From Anthoceros angustus (Eukaryota > Plantae > Anthocerotophyta): 64,000 nucleotides of DNA. The stretch lies in assembly GCA_010909165.1 (NCBI GenBank), contig MU008169.1, positions 62,001-126,000 on the forward strand, written 5' to 3'. The stretch's first letter is position 1, and the number at the start of each line of letters is the position of its first letter. A program made the position numbers and the translations under genes. Positions 27,658-38,968 of this stretch are shown here, piece by piece. The notes beneath the pieces were generated by a model. The model was not told the origin of the DNA and searched no databases. It worked only from the letters and a program-made list of their open reading frames with translations.

Positions 27658-28955
27658 CTCTGTGGTGGCATGCCACAAATCGGCGGATGCTCATGAGCAT
27701 GAGTGAGCACAACTCGTGAGCACACAACTATGCTCATGGCCATCACGCAGATCAAAAGCGATAGAGGCAACAAGCTCGAATCCAACATTCTCGTGAGGAA
27801 CAGCGATGTGAGGCTACTACGGACTCATTGCTCACAACCACACCAACCGGTGGCTAAGGAGCAAAGTCCCTACTTGCTGCGTATGCACAATCGGTAGGGT
27901 GATTTTTTGCGATGCAATCTTGGAGTAGGCTAGGATGGAGGGTATCTGTAGATGTGATGGTAGTCGGGATCACCCTTAATAGAATGTTGTTTACGTGTAT
28001 CGATTATCTCATGTTTAGTTGAAGGATGCATGTTAGATTACATGGAGGATACTTGTGTTGTTGGTGGTATGTGTACTCTGTGGTGGCATGCCACAAATCG
28101 GCGGATGCTCATGAGCATGAGTGAGCACAACTCGTGAGCACAACTCGTGAGCACACAACTATGCTCATGGCCATCACCGCAGATCAAAAGCGATAGAGGG
28201 CGTGACTGAAGCTCGAATCCAACATTCTCGTGAGGAACAGCGATGTGAGGCTACTACGGACTCATTGCTCACAACCACACCAACCGGTGGCTAAGGAGCA
28301 AAGTCCCTACTTGCTGCGTATGCACAATCGGTAGGGTGATTTTTATGCCGATGCAATCTTGGAGTAGGCTAGGATGGAGGGTATCTGTAGATGTGATGGT
28401 AGTCGGGATCACCCTTAATAGAATGTTGTTTACGTGTATCGATTATCTCATGTTTAGTTGAAGGATGCATGTTAGATTACATGGAGGATACTTGTGTTGT
28501 TGGTGGTATGTGTACTCTGTGGTGGCATGCCACAAATCGGCGGATGCTCATGAGCATGAGTGAGCACAACTCGTGAGCACAACTCGTGAGCACACAACTA
28601 TGCTCATGGCCATCACCGCAGATCAAAAGCGATAGAGGGCGTGACTGAAGCTCGAATCCAACATTCTCGTGAGGAACAGCGATGTGAGGCTACTACGGAC
28701 TCATTGCTCACAACCACACCAACCGGTGGCTAAGGAGCAAAGTCCCTACTTGCGATGCACAATCGGTAGGGTGATTTTTGTCTTGGATGCAATCTTGGAG
28801 TAGGCTAGGATGGAGGGTATCTGTAGATGTGATGGTAGTCGGGATGCTGCCCTTAATAGAATGTTGTTTACGTGTATCGATTATCTCATGTTTAGTTGAA
28901 GGATGCATGTTAGATTACTGGAGGATACTTGTGTTGTTGGTGGTATGTGTACTCG
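27658..28955. repeat. Internal triplication of about 420-440 bp in U4
   Basis: CTCTGTGGTGGCATGCCACAAATCGG occurs at 27658, 28076 and 28515. Microhomology is ACTC(T)GTGG. Confidence 0.9.
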
Positions 28956-30056
28956 TGGGAGGATTTTTGTTGTGTCGATAAGTTAGAGGCCATCGTTGAG
29001 CGACAATTAGGGAAGGAAGCGTATACCATGGACCATACCCAATATGAATTTTACATTGTATGCACGAGAGTCTTTTCCTACGGACACAAACATAGGGTGC
29101 TTATTATGGGTGTTTTACTACGCGTAGTAAAGATAGTAAAAATCATTGTGATGTCCGTAGTAAAACCACCCATTTTCTAGTAGTGCATGTAACAATGTTG
29201 TTCCTCCTCTCCTCTTTGCACCTTGGTGCACGACAATCGTTTGACCCATTGCGAGAGAGAGATTATCGCTTGGAATGTACATATTGCGCTATACATCAAG
29301 ATAGCGGTGAAGTAGTCTTTGACTTGGTTCGAGACAATGAGAGAGGATAGTGTATGCGGCGGATGACATCACATAAGTTCCTCGGTGTGCTCACAATTTG
29401 TAGTCATGCGGGTCTAGTGGAAAAGGCGGGTGTGCTTTGAGGCTATGAGTAGACAATATGGAATTATCCCCATGAAAGACCACTATAAATGTACATGGTG
29501 AATCACATATTTTCGTTTTCAAATTATGCAAGAATCCACATCTTTTTCGTCTTCTCCTTGCTTTCTCTGTGTTGCTTTCCGCTTGCACAACAAACTTTTC
29601 CCTTTCTCCCTGGAGCCTTTCTTCCCTTGCCCCTTCGCCTGCTTCTTTTCCCACTTTTGTTCGACCTTCCCTTCTACGGTTCTTGCCGGATGCACATCCT
29701 TATACCTCCTCCTCACCCCTCCCAAACTTTTGCTAAGTTGAGTTAAGAACCTATGGTTTTATAAAAAAAATTGCAGTGCAAAATATGAAATTATTACTAA
29801 ATAGTAAGTCTCAGTTAGAATATTACATATTAAGAAATAGTACAAATGCATTAAAAAATAAAACTATTATCAAATGACAAGTTTCAAATTAGAAATTATA
29901 TATTAAGAAATACTAATTTGGGTTTCGTCACCTAGTATATAATAAGTCCAATCTTGAGTTGTTACTCAAGAATGTAAATTCAATTAGGTTAGTCACATAA
30001 GGATAGAAGTCACCTTATAGGTGGTTTGTTTTGCTTAAAGTAGAGAGCAAATAATA

Positions 30057-32876
30057 GAACGCATTGGCGAGATCAAGGACGTGAAGGCGTCGATTAAGTT
30101 TATAAGTCATTATATGCTCCAAGGCTGGCCGTGGTGTAACGCATTCCTAGCTCGCGGCATCAGCGAATCTGACTATTGCGCGATGGAGGAGAAATCAATG
30201 AACCCTTTTTCGGTGAGTTAAGATTAAGAGATGTTTTCCGATTATGTTGTCCATACACGATTTCCCATGTACAAAATCTTGTGGTGCAAGACTTATTTTA
30301 CTATCCATTATTCAACATGTGTTTTGTGCACAGACTGCATAAAGAAGATGATGCACGACGAATGGCCAAGTAGGGAAGATTGCATTTGACTCCCATCCTT
30401 ATTTGTAAGTCCACCCTCTTTCTTTTCTAAATCTTAACTTTTCCTTAAGATAAGTTAAGCAAACTAAGGTTAAGTTAAGTTTATAAGTCATTATATGCTC
30501 CAAGTCGTGGTGTAACGCATTCCTAGCTCGCGGCATCAGCGAATCTGACTATTATGCGTCTTGCGATGGAGGAGAAATCAATGAACCCTTTTTCGGTGAG
30601 TTAAGATTAAGAGATGTTTTCCGATTATGTTGTCCATACACGATTTCCATGTACAAAATCTTGTGGTGCAAGACTTATTTTACTATCCATTATTCAACAT
30701 GTGTTTTGTGCAGACTGCATAAAGAAGATGATGCACGAATGACAGTAGGAAGATTGCATTGCGACTCCCATCCTTATTTGTAAGTCCACCCTCTTTCTTT
30801 TCTAAATCTTAACTTTTCCTTAAGATAAGTTAAGCAAACTAAGGTTAAGTTAAGAATCATTTGAGCATATACCTTCAATAAATAGATAGATGAGCGGATG
30901 AGCGAGATAGATAGATAGGTAAACACTGCAAATCTTAGACAAGAGAATTTTCAATTACTAACTTTTTTGTTGCTGAATTTGTGGAGGTTTTCTTACAAGA
31001 CTGTGTAGTAAGGCGGCCCGAGATCACCTCATGAGATAGGATCCAAGACTATGCGTGCACCTCATTTGTAAGCAATTTTTATTCTCTTGTCTCTTTTGTG
31101 CTCATGATCAAGTGCACCTTTAGGACTATGTTCCCAACTCGACAATTGATGCTTCTTGAGGTCTCATTGTGAATGCTTTGTGGGCTTCATTTGCGAAGCA
31201 ATGCATCTAATCAATTAATGTGTTCGACTTCTTACGAGATTTTATTTGGAAGTTCGGACATTGTGGTTGAGAAGAAGAGCCTTTGGAAAAAAGGTACATT
31301 TTACGTAATGTAACCTAGCAATTGCCTCGTGATGATCCATGATTGGTAATTCTCGGAGTAATTATGTTTGCTCGTGACTTGTTGGACATGGTTGCGAAAG
31401 CGTAGATGTTAATGATAGCGAGGAAAAGGAAAAGGAGTTTGTTCAACAGCCAAAATTAGATAGCGAGGAGGAGAAGGCATTAAGCGACCAAAATCATGAG
31501 TCCCGAATCTCATAGGCTAATAGTTTGTGCGGAATGCCAATGCGTTTTGATATGACGCACCTTTTGATGGAAAAGGTTGCTTGAGCACGTAGGGATTCGG
31601 GCCGACATCATAGAGATTTGTCGAGGGCCTGCAAGTATGCCATTCGTGAGAACGCATTGGCGAGATCAAGGACGTGAAGGCGTCGATTAAGTTTATAAGT
31701 CATTATATGCTCCAAGTTGGCGTGGTGTAACGCATTCCTAGCTCGCGGCATCAGCGAATCTGACTATTATGCGTCTTGCGATGGAGGAGAAATCAATGAA
31801 CCCTTTTTCGGCGGTGAGTTAAGATTAAGAGATGTTTTCCGATTATGTTGTCCATACACGATTTCCCATGTACAAAATCTTGTGGTGCAAGACTTATTTT
31901 ACTATCCATTATTCAACATGTGTTTTGTGCACAGACTGCATAAAGAAGATGATGCACGAATGGCCAAGTAGGGAAGATTGCATTTGCGACTCCCATCCTT
32001 ATTTGTAAGTCCACCCTCTTTCTTTTCTAAATCTTAACTTTTCCTTAAGATAAGTTAAGCAAACTAAGGTTAAGTTAAGAATCATTTGAGCATATACCTT
32101 CAATAAATAGATAGATGAGCGGATGAGCGAGATAGATAGATAGGTAAACACTGCAAATCTTAGACAAGAGAATTTTCAATTACTAACTTTTTTGTTGCTG
32201 AATTTGTGGAGGTTTTCTTACAAGACTGTGTAGTAAGGCGGCCCGAGATCACCTCATGAGATAGGATCCAAGACTATGCGTGCACCTCATTTGTAAGCAA
32301 TTTTTATTCTCTTGTCTCTTTTGTGCTCATGATCAAGTGCACCTTTAGGACTATGTTCCCAACTCGACAATTGATGCTTCTTGAGGTCTCATTGTGAATG
32401 CTTTGTGGGCTTTCTATTTGCGAAGCAATGCATCTAATCAATTAATGTGTTCGACTTCTTACGAGATTTTATTTGGAAGTTCGGACATTGTGGTTGAGAA
32501 GAAGAGCCTTTGGAAAAAAGGTACATTTTACGTAATGTAACCTAGCAATTGCCTCGTGATGATCCATGATTGGTAATTCTCGGAGTAATTATGTTTGCTC
32601 GTGACTTGTTGGACATGGTTGCGAAAGCGTAGATGTTAATGATAGCGAGGAAAAGGAAAAGGAGTTTGTTCAACAGCCAAAATTAGATAGCGAGGAGGAG
32701 AAGGCATTAAGCGACCAAAATCATGAGTCCCGAATCTCATAGGCTAATAGTTTGTGCGGAATGCCAATGCGTTTTGATATGACGCACCTTTTGATGGAAA
32801 AGGTTGCTTGAGCACGTAGGGATTCGGGCCGACATCATAGAGATTTGTCGAGGGCCTGCAAGTATGCAATTCGTGA
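30057..32876. repeat. Nested internal duplications in U4 (30057-31649 / 31650-32876, with 30094-30474 / 30475-30849 nested inside)
   Basis: GAACGCATTGGCGAG occurs at 30057 and 31650 (microhomology AGAAC). TTAAGTTTATAAGTC occurs at 30094 and 30475 (microhomology TTAAGTT). Confidence 0.85.
31717..32741 (+). pseudogene. Cryptic multi-exon gene relic of unknown family, present in every array unit
   Basis: Cross-unit consensus gives phase-compatible GT-AG exons: ..GGEINEPFF|DCIKKMMHEWPSREDCICDSHPY and DYVPNSTIDA..LIVNALWAFYLRSNA..MCSTSYEILFGSSDIVVEKKSLWKK|GLVGHGCES.DVNDSEEKEKEF..HESRIS*. The middle exon could not be resolved, and this copy has an in-frame TGA where U1 has CGA. Confidence 0.4.
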
Positions 32877-33846
32877 GAACACTTCATTTCTCGGTGGTTG
32901 GGTTGGTTTGTCCTTACTCTTATCCTTTGATTGATTTAGGAATTGCAACTAGGACTGGTGGAGGTCAAGGAAGAGGCAAAGAAAAGGCCGGTAGAATAGT
33001 GCGAGGCGAGACATGTCATGAATTCACGGTGACAATCTACCATTGCACCTATTGGCTAGCCGGAAAGGCAATAGCAAACTACCATTTAGGTGTAACCTAA
33101 GCTTGAGCTAGGATACCAATGAAGAGTCTCCTAGCAATTTGGGCGAGCATCAATTATTCTTGTATTAAAACAAATAGTCTAGAAGAGTATGTATAGAGGA
33201 CTTGATAGTTTGTGTGGTGATATCATATATATGATAGATGTTAAGAAGCTTGGTATGTTAAGATGTTGAGGAGGCGGTTGCGAGGAGGCGGGAGGATGAG
33301 ACTCTTTGCATTCTCCAAATTAAGTTAAATATATGTAAATGATAAAAATTATACATGACTTAGAACTCATTCTAACATCTTCATTTGTTAGTGAATTTGC
33401 CAAGTATATTGTATTGCACTTAATTTTAAAAGCCCCACATGATCTTACAATAGTGGAGATAAGCACTAAGAGGCCACAGAACTTTACAACGAGGCTTTGG
33501 GGAACTTTACAACTAGGCTTTGAGGAACTTTACAACTAGGCTTTGGGGAACCTTACAACAACAACTCATTGAGATAGCCACCTAAAAAGCGGAGAACTTT
33601 ACAAGAGCGGCCTATTGAGGACAAAGATTGCACCTTAGCACAAGGCCACCAAGGACCAAAAATAACTGGGATATATAATAACTTATCCCAATATTAATCA
33701 AACCAAAAATACCTTAACCAAGGAGTTTGATTGAAGTCATGGCTAAAATCTCCGTATTGTAGCTAAGTAGGTAATTGTTTTGTCCATTGCTCATACTATA
33801 AAGTTGGCTCTCCTCGCGAAAAAAACAAATGTTCGCTCATGCATAT

Positions 33847-33852
33847 TATAAA
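33847..33852 (+). promoter_or_regulatory. Candidate TATA box of PURA
   Basis: TATAAA about 225 bp upstream of the PURA ATG; reproduced in each array unit. Confidence 0.35.
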
Positions 33853-34072
33853 GCTCTGTGCTCGTTGTTACTCATCAGATATTACAAAGCTTTGTGCTCT
33901 CCGTTACTTTATCACTGCTATCGGGTACCTATCCCAATTTCCAGCTCGAGCCCGGCGAAGTAGCCAGCCAGGTAGACTAGGTACCTACTAGGGAGATAGG
34001 TGTCTGGATAGCCTGGTAAAATTGCAGGCCGGTGCATGGTTTTTGGGAGGCCGCCATTTGCGTTCTCCAGCC

Positions 34073-36000
34073 ATGGTGTCGACCATGGCTCCCTGCTGGA
34101 ATCAGCAATGCACGTCCCCCTCGCCTGCATTTGCGGCAGGGGTCTCGGGGGGGCGTAGTGTGTGGCAGCAGCAGCAGCACGGGCTCTCGTCTGCTGGATA
34201 CTTCTCCGGCCAGGCTGGGCTTGCGGGATTGGATCACAGTGTTCAGATCGGCCTTCCTTGGCAGTGGAGAAGTGGTCGGGACGGTAGCCCCGTCTGCCTA
34301 GGTGCGCGCTCGCACGAAAAAATCGCTTTTGCCGGATGCGTTTCAGTTGCGAGCTCCCCGTTCGAGGGTAGGGATCGGAGTAGGAATGTCAAGTGCCAGG
34401 TGGTGGCGGAGAAGCCTGTCGCGGAGGCGCAGGGGAGTGATTCTTTCAGCGAATTGAGCCAGATTTGTGCCGTTCTGGGGACGCAGTGGGGAGATGAGGG
34501 CAAGGGGAAGCTTGTGGATATCCTCTCACAGCGGTACGACATTGTTGCGCGTTGCCAGGTATGCTTAGGGCAGAATTAGGGTGTATGTACATTGCTTGCA
34601 GTGGCCTTGGCCTCTTGGGTGGTGATAAACTTTCGGTCCGTTTTTGCAGGGGGGAGCAAATGCTGGTCATACCATCTACGACAGTGAGGGCAAAAAGTTC
34701 TCGCTTCACCTTGTGCCGTCTGGCATTCTGAACGCGAACGCAACCTGCGTAATTGGCAATGGTGTCGTTGTTCACTTGCCCGGGTTTTTCAAGGAGATCG
34801 AGGGGCTGGAGGCAAGTGGTGTCTCATGCAAAGGCAGGGTCTTTGTGTCTGACCGTGCTCATCTCCTTTTTGACATGCACCAAACGGTGGATGGTTTGAG
34901 GGAAGCTGAACTGGCAGATTCCATGATTGGGACCACAAAGCGGGGAATCGGGCCCTGCTATGCCAATAAAGCACTTCGGAATGGCCTCCGAGTTGGGGAC
35001 TTGCGTCGACCGGATACATTCAGGCAAAAGCTGGACATCCTTCTGCAGGATGCAGCTCAGCGGTTTGATGGCTTTGAGTACAGCAAAAGCTTGTTGGATA
35101 CAGAGCTTGATAATTATAAGCGCTTCGCGGAGCGATTGGAGCCCTATATTGCGGACACTGTGCACCTCATCAACAATGCCAGGTTACAGGGCAAGAGAAT
35201 TCTGGTAGAGGGAGGGCAAGCAACGATGCTTGACATCGACTTCGGGACATACCCTTTCGTCACGTCATCAAATGCATCTGCTGCTGGGATTTGTTCGGGT
35301 CTTGGTATTGCTCCCAGATATCTGGGTGATATTATTGGGGTGGTAAGTGTTTGTGATTCACCTGGGTGCTTTTGTTGTGGTCATGATCTGAAGGTTTTTT
35401 GGGACTTAAGAGGATTGTTGGCTCTTTATGCAGGCTAAGGCTTATGCAACGCGTGTAGGATCGGGGCCTTTTCCCACGGAGCTTTTCGATCAGCTTGCTG
35501 CTGATCTTCGGACTGCGGGGCATGAATTTGGAACAACCACTGGAAGGCCCAGGAGATGTGGGTGGCTAGATGTCCCTGCTCTCAAATATGTATGCGACAT
35601 CAACGGCTTTTCCAGTCTCAACCTCACGAAGCTTGATGTCCTGTCCATTTTCCCAAAACTGAAGTTGGGCATTGCGTACAAAAAACCAGACGGGACAGTT
35701 CTGCCGTCCTTTCCTTCTGACCTGCACACACTCGAAGAAGTGGAGGTAACATTCATTTACGCAGGAATCCTTTGCCTGTGTCATGCGAAGCGAAATTCTG
35801 AGGATTTTGTTTGTATTTTTGAGCAGGTTGTTTATGAAGAAACCCGGGGGTGGAGCTCAGACATCAGCTCAATAAGGAAGTACAAGGATCTTCCTTCTGC
35901 TGCTAGAGACTACGTGGAAAGAATAGAAGACGCCACAGGGGTGCCAATTCAGTATATAGGTGTTGGGCCAGGCCGCGACGCTCTGATTGTGAAAGAGTAG
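34073..36000 (+). CDS. PURA: Adenylosuccinate synthetase, plastid-targeted; exons 34073-34558, 34650-35342, 35434-35745, 35827-36000 (about 554 aa)
   Basis: Motifs [68 protein letters not shown] and LTKLDVL. Three phase-0 GT-AG introns (91, 91 and 81 nt). Ser/Ala/Gly-rich N-terminal extension. Confidence 0.97.
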
Positions 36001-36806
36001 CGTGGGACCGGTCCAGTAGGGTGATTTGGGTCTCTGCAGGAGCTTGGTTGGACTTAAGGTTTGCCATCCCGAGTTTTGCGTCTCAGGTGCCATGCTGCCC
36101 TCGAGGTCATCTTGGTCAATCTTGTGCATCAGAATGCTGTCTGATGTAGACATTTTTTTGACGGTCCGGTTCGGACTATCTGTTCAAGTGTGATCAGCCT
36201 GCCAATGTGATGTGGAGTTTTGACAGATGGGCTCGCTAAGACTGCGAAGCCAGACAAAAGTACACAGACTTCAATTCAGTATTCAGTTAACTTATAAGTT
36301 TGGACAAGTATCTCATCGTCAATGAATGGCCTCAGTGTCCACATTGAGCAATAGCTGTCCAGTTGTTCACCAGGGTGCCAATTCAGTATATAGGTGTTGG
36401 GCCAGGCCGCGACGCTCTGATTGTGAAAGAGTAGCGTGGGACCGGTCCAGTAGGGTGATTTGGGTCTCTGCAGGAGCTTGGTTGGACTTAAGGTTTGCCA
36501 TCCCGAGTTTTGCGTCTCAGGTGCCATGCTGCCCTCGAGGTCATCTTGGTCAATCTTGTGCATCAGAATGCTGTCTGATGTAGACATTTTTTTGACGGTC
36601 CGGTTCGGACTATCTGTTCAAGTGTGATCAGCCTGCCAATGTGATGTGGAGTTTTGACAGATGGGCTCGCTAAGACTGCGAAGCCAGACAAAAGTACACA
36701 GACTTCAATTCAGTATTCAGTTAACTTATAAGTTTGGACAAGTATCTCATCGTCAATGAATGGCCTCAGTGTCCACATTGAGCAATAGCTGTCCAGTTGT
36801 TCACCA
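35937..36806. repeat. Essentially exact 434-bp tandem duplication covering the 3' ends of PURA and the convergent gene
   Basis: GTGCCAATTCAGTATATAGG occurs at 35941 and 36375. The flanks share CAGGGGTG and the junction reads CAGGGTG. Confidence 0.95.
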
Positions 36807-37904
36807 GGGGTGTGCAATCCCAGCGCATCTATAATCTTAGCCTGCCAAAAGAAGCCAGACCTGGTTGTCACAAACACAGGAGGATGCAAGCTGCAATACA
36901 GGCAACCACTCGCTCACGGGTACCCACCTGCATCGTGAAGTCCTTTCGGAGCATGCCTAGCAGCAATGCCATCATTGTGGCATAATCGGGACTCTGAGGG
37001 CCTTCGGGTGACTGCATCACACAGGTCGAGTTCTCAAAGAGCCTATAACACACGACAGCAAGACGCCAAAACAGCGCACGGTGTTTGTGTGTGAAAGGAC
37101 ATTCCTACCCGATTTTGAGCTTCCTCTTCTGAGTCAAGCTCACAGGCTAGTGCAATAGCCTTGCTGAGGTGCGCATCACACTCCTGAGTAGCTGCAAGTG
37201 TAGCAGGCTCAAGTTTGCTTTCCAGCTCCTGAATAAGCTTTCCTGCTGATTTGATTTAAGACAGCAAACGTTTCAACACATACATGTACATTCGACGGTG
37301 CATTGCACACGTGATGCATCCGAAGCAGCATAGGCACAGAAGTGACTCACCATGTTCTTTGTGCCTCAGGAGACCCTCCATTGCAGCATCCACTTCTTTT
37401 CACATGCCAGTACAAAACCACAAGTTAGCTCGACTATGGCAAAGGGCCATGGTCAGCCATCTGGGGCAAGGAGAGGCTGCTTACACCTTGTCACGTTAAG
37501 CCTATCTGCATGAGTGTCACGACAACCAGCTTCCAGATATCTTGCAAGTCGGGGACTGGGAGCCCCCTCTAAGACTTTGGCCAGCACATCTGATTCCTTG
37601 TTTAATGCTGGCCGCCGAAACAGCTCTGGAAGGACACTCCACGGTGCCACGGTGAGCAGCTTCTCAGCAACTGTTACAGGTCACTGACAGACAAGGTTGT
37701 TCAAACCTAGCTCCTGCTGAAAGTTTCGCAATATCTGCCCGCCTGTCCTTTGCAGGCCTTCCAACTCGATCACCCTGCAAATATGGTCAGCAACCACCAC
37801 CCCAGACCACCAAGTAGACAGTATAAAACCGACCCAACTACTTACAGTGCCATAAAATCTCGGTAGACAGCTGGCGCCCCCGCAGCAGCAGCAGCAGCAG
37901 CCAT
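36710..37904 (-). CDS. Multi-exon gene of unknown function ([20 protein letters not shown]...AKIIDALGLHTPGEQLDSYCSMWTLRPFIDDEILVQTYKLTEY*)
   Basis: ATG at 37904 and a clean last exon 36841-36710, preceded by a GT-AG intron at 36927-36842. Exons include KLIQELESKLEPATLAATQEC and SPDYATMMALLLGMLRKDFTMQ. The C-terminal YCxMWxLRPFIDD resembles an uncharacterised plant protein family (from memory, unverified). One junction (37109/37042) has a phase conflict. Confidence 0.65.
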
Positions 37905-38189
37905 AGCATGAGACCTAGAGCTTGTCCTGGTAGCGATTTTTTACGCCACACTCTAGGGCACTCGTGAAACTTGACCGTGCGATGGGCGAGAGAGCGCCTT
38001 GGCCAGACACCAGGGAGGAGGTCCTTTGGACAGGAAGCAATAAAGACAGCAGCAAATCAGGGATCGAAAAAGGAAGTTGGGGGGGAAGCTCACCTGCACG
38101 CAGAGCGTAGAAAAGGCTTAACGGTCTCTAGAGAAGGAGCTTGCTTCTTCTACCAAGGTTGCAGGCAGGCAGATTTAGCAGGAAGCAAG

Positions 38190-38345
38190 ACGCCAAACAG
38201 GTCCAGCGGGCTCTTGGACCTGGATTGGGCTCCTATTGTAGTCCACAAGAAGGCTACAAATGCGTTGGCGGCTCGGGATCCCAAGGCGGTGAATGCCGCC
38301 ATCAGGTCTGGGGCCGTCAACGCGCGGAAGCTCGATGAGGAAGCG
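38190..38345 (+). pseudogene. MBF1 5' fragment (ATG changed to ACG, 60-bp in-frame deletion, 3'-truncated)
   Basis: Matches 41475-41690: TPNRSSGLLDLDWAPIVVHKK..RDPKAVNAAIRSGA/VNARKLDEE. Confidence 0.9.
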
Positions 38346-38453
38346 GAGTGGTTCTTTGAGCAAATTGAGCCAGATTTGTGCGTTCTGGGGAGGCAGTGGG
38401 AGATAAAGGCCAGGGAAAGCTAGTGGATATCCTCTCACAGCGGTAGGACATTG
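38345..38453 (+). pseudogene. PURA exon-1 fragment with frameshifts
   Basis: Matches about 34435-34545 (AATTGAGCCAGATTTGTG..GTGGATATCCTCTCACAGCGGTA). Confidence 0.9.
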
Positions 38454-38968
38454 CCATTATATGCACTGGGGGAGAAGAAGGGGAGGTACCGAAAAGCGGA
38501 TGATATAGAATCTTACTGGTATGGCAGACTCAGAACCCGCCGTCGGGATGTGATTCCGTCAGATGAACGGGAAGCCGAGAGATACATAACCTTTCACTAA
38601 ATCCGGTCTGATTCAGCAAAGAGTGAATCCTACCACGACTCCCATGTCATGAGCGGCCAGATGACCATCGAATGGCCATTTGCAAGCACACGGCCAGCTG
38701 AGCTTCACTACGCTGAGAATGTGACAGACATTGAGCGAAGTGTGCGGCAGGAGAAGAGCGTTGCACCTGTGGCTGGCCGGTATGAGGCCGACCAGGACAC
38801 CAACAACCTCAATGACGGAGAGCTGGTCACTCCCGTGACGGTTCCTGGTGAGCCCGAAGCCACGAAAATCCGATGCAAAATTTGGTGTGTAGAAAAATTT
38901 GGTGTTAAAAGAGAAAGAGCCCGTCCCCTCTGTCCTCTTTGGTCTGCCATATCCCTGTTCGATGATTT

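Larger units (their letters stand above)
1..34325. repeat. Tandem array of about 8.3 kb units (U1 <1-9655, U2 9656-17945, U3 17946-26320, U4 26321-34325), extending past the left window edge
   Basis: The same landmarks recur in order, e.g. GTATTAATTAGAGTTGTGTGCAATGGGGG at about 10120, 18397 and 26771. AT-rich blocks at about 3180, 12935, 21205 and 29780 are near-identical. Unit junctions follow CGAAAAGATCG at about 9650, 17939 and 26316. Confidence 0.95.

Noticed and set aside
34022-36000. Bacterial or horizontally acquired purA
   Set aside because: It has three spliceosomal introns and a transit-peptide-like N-terminus, consistent with an ordinary nuclear plant gene. The TTG start at 34022 was rejected in favour of ATG 34073.
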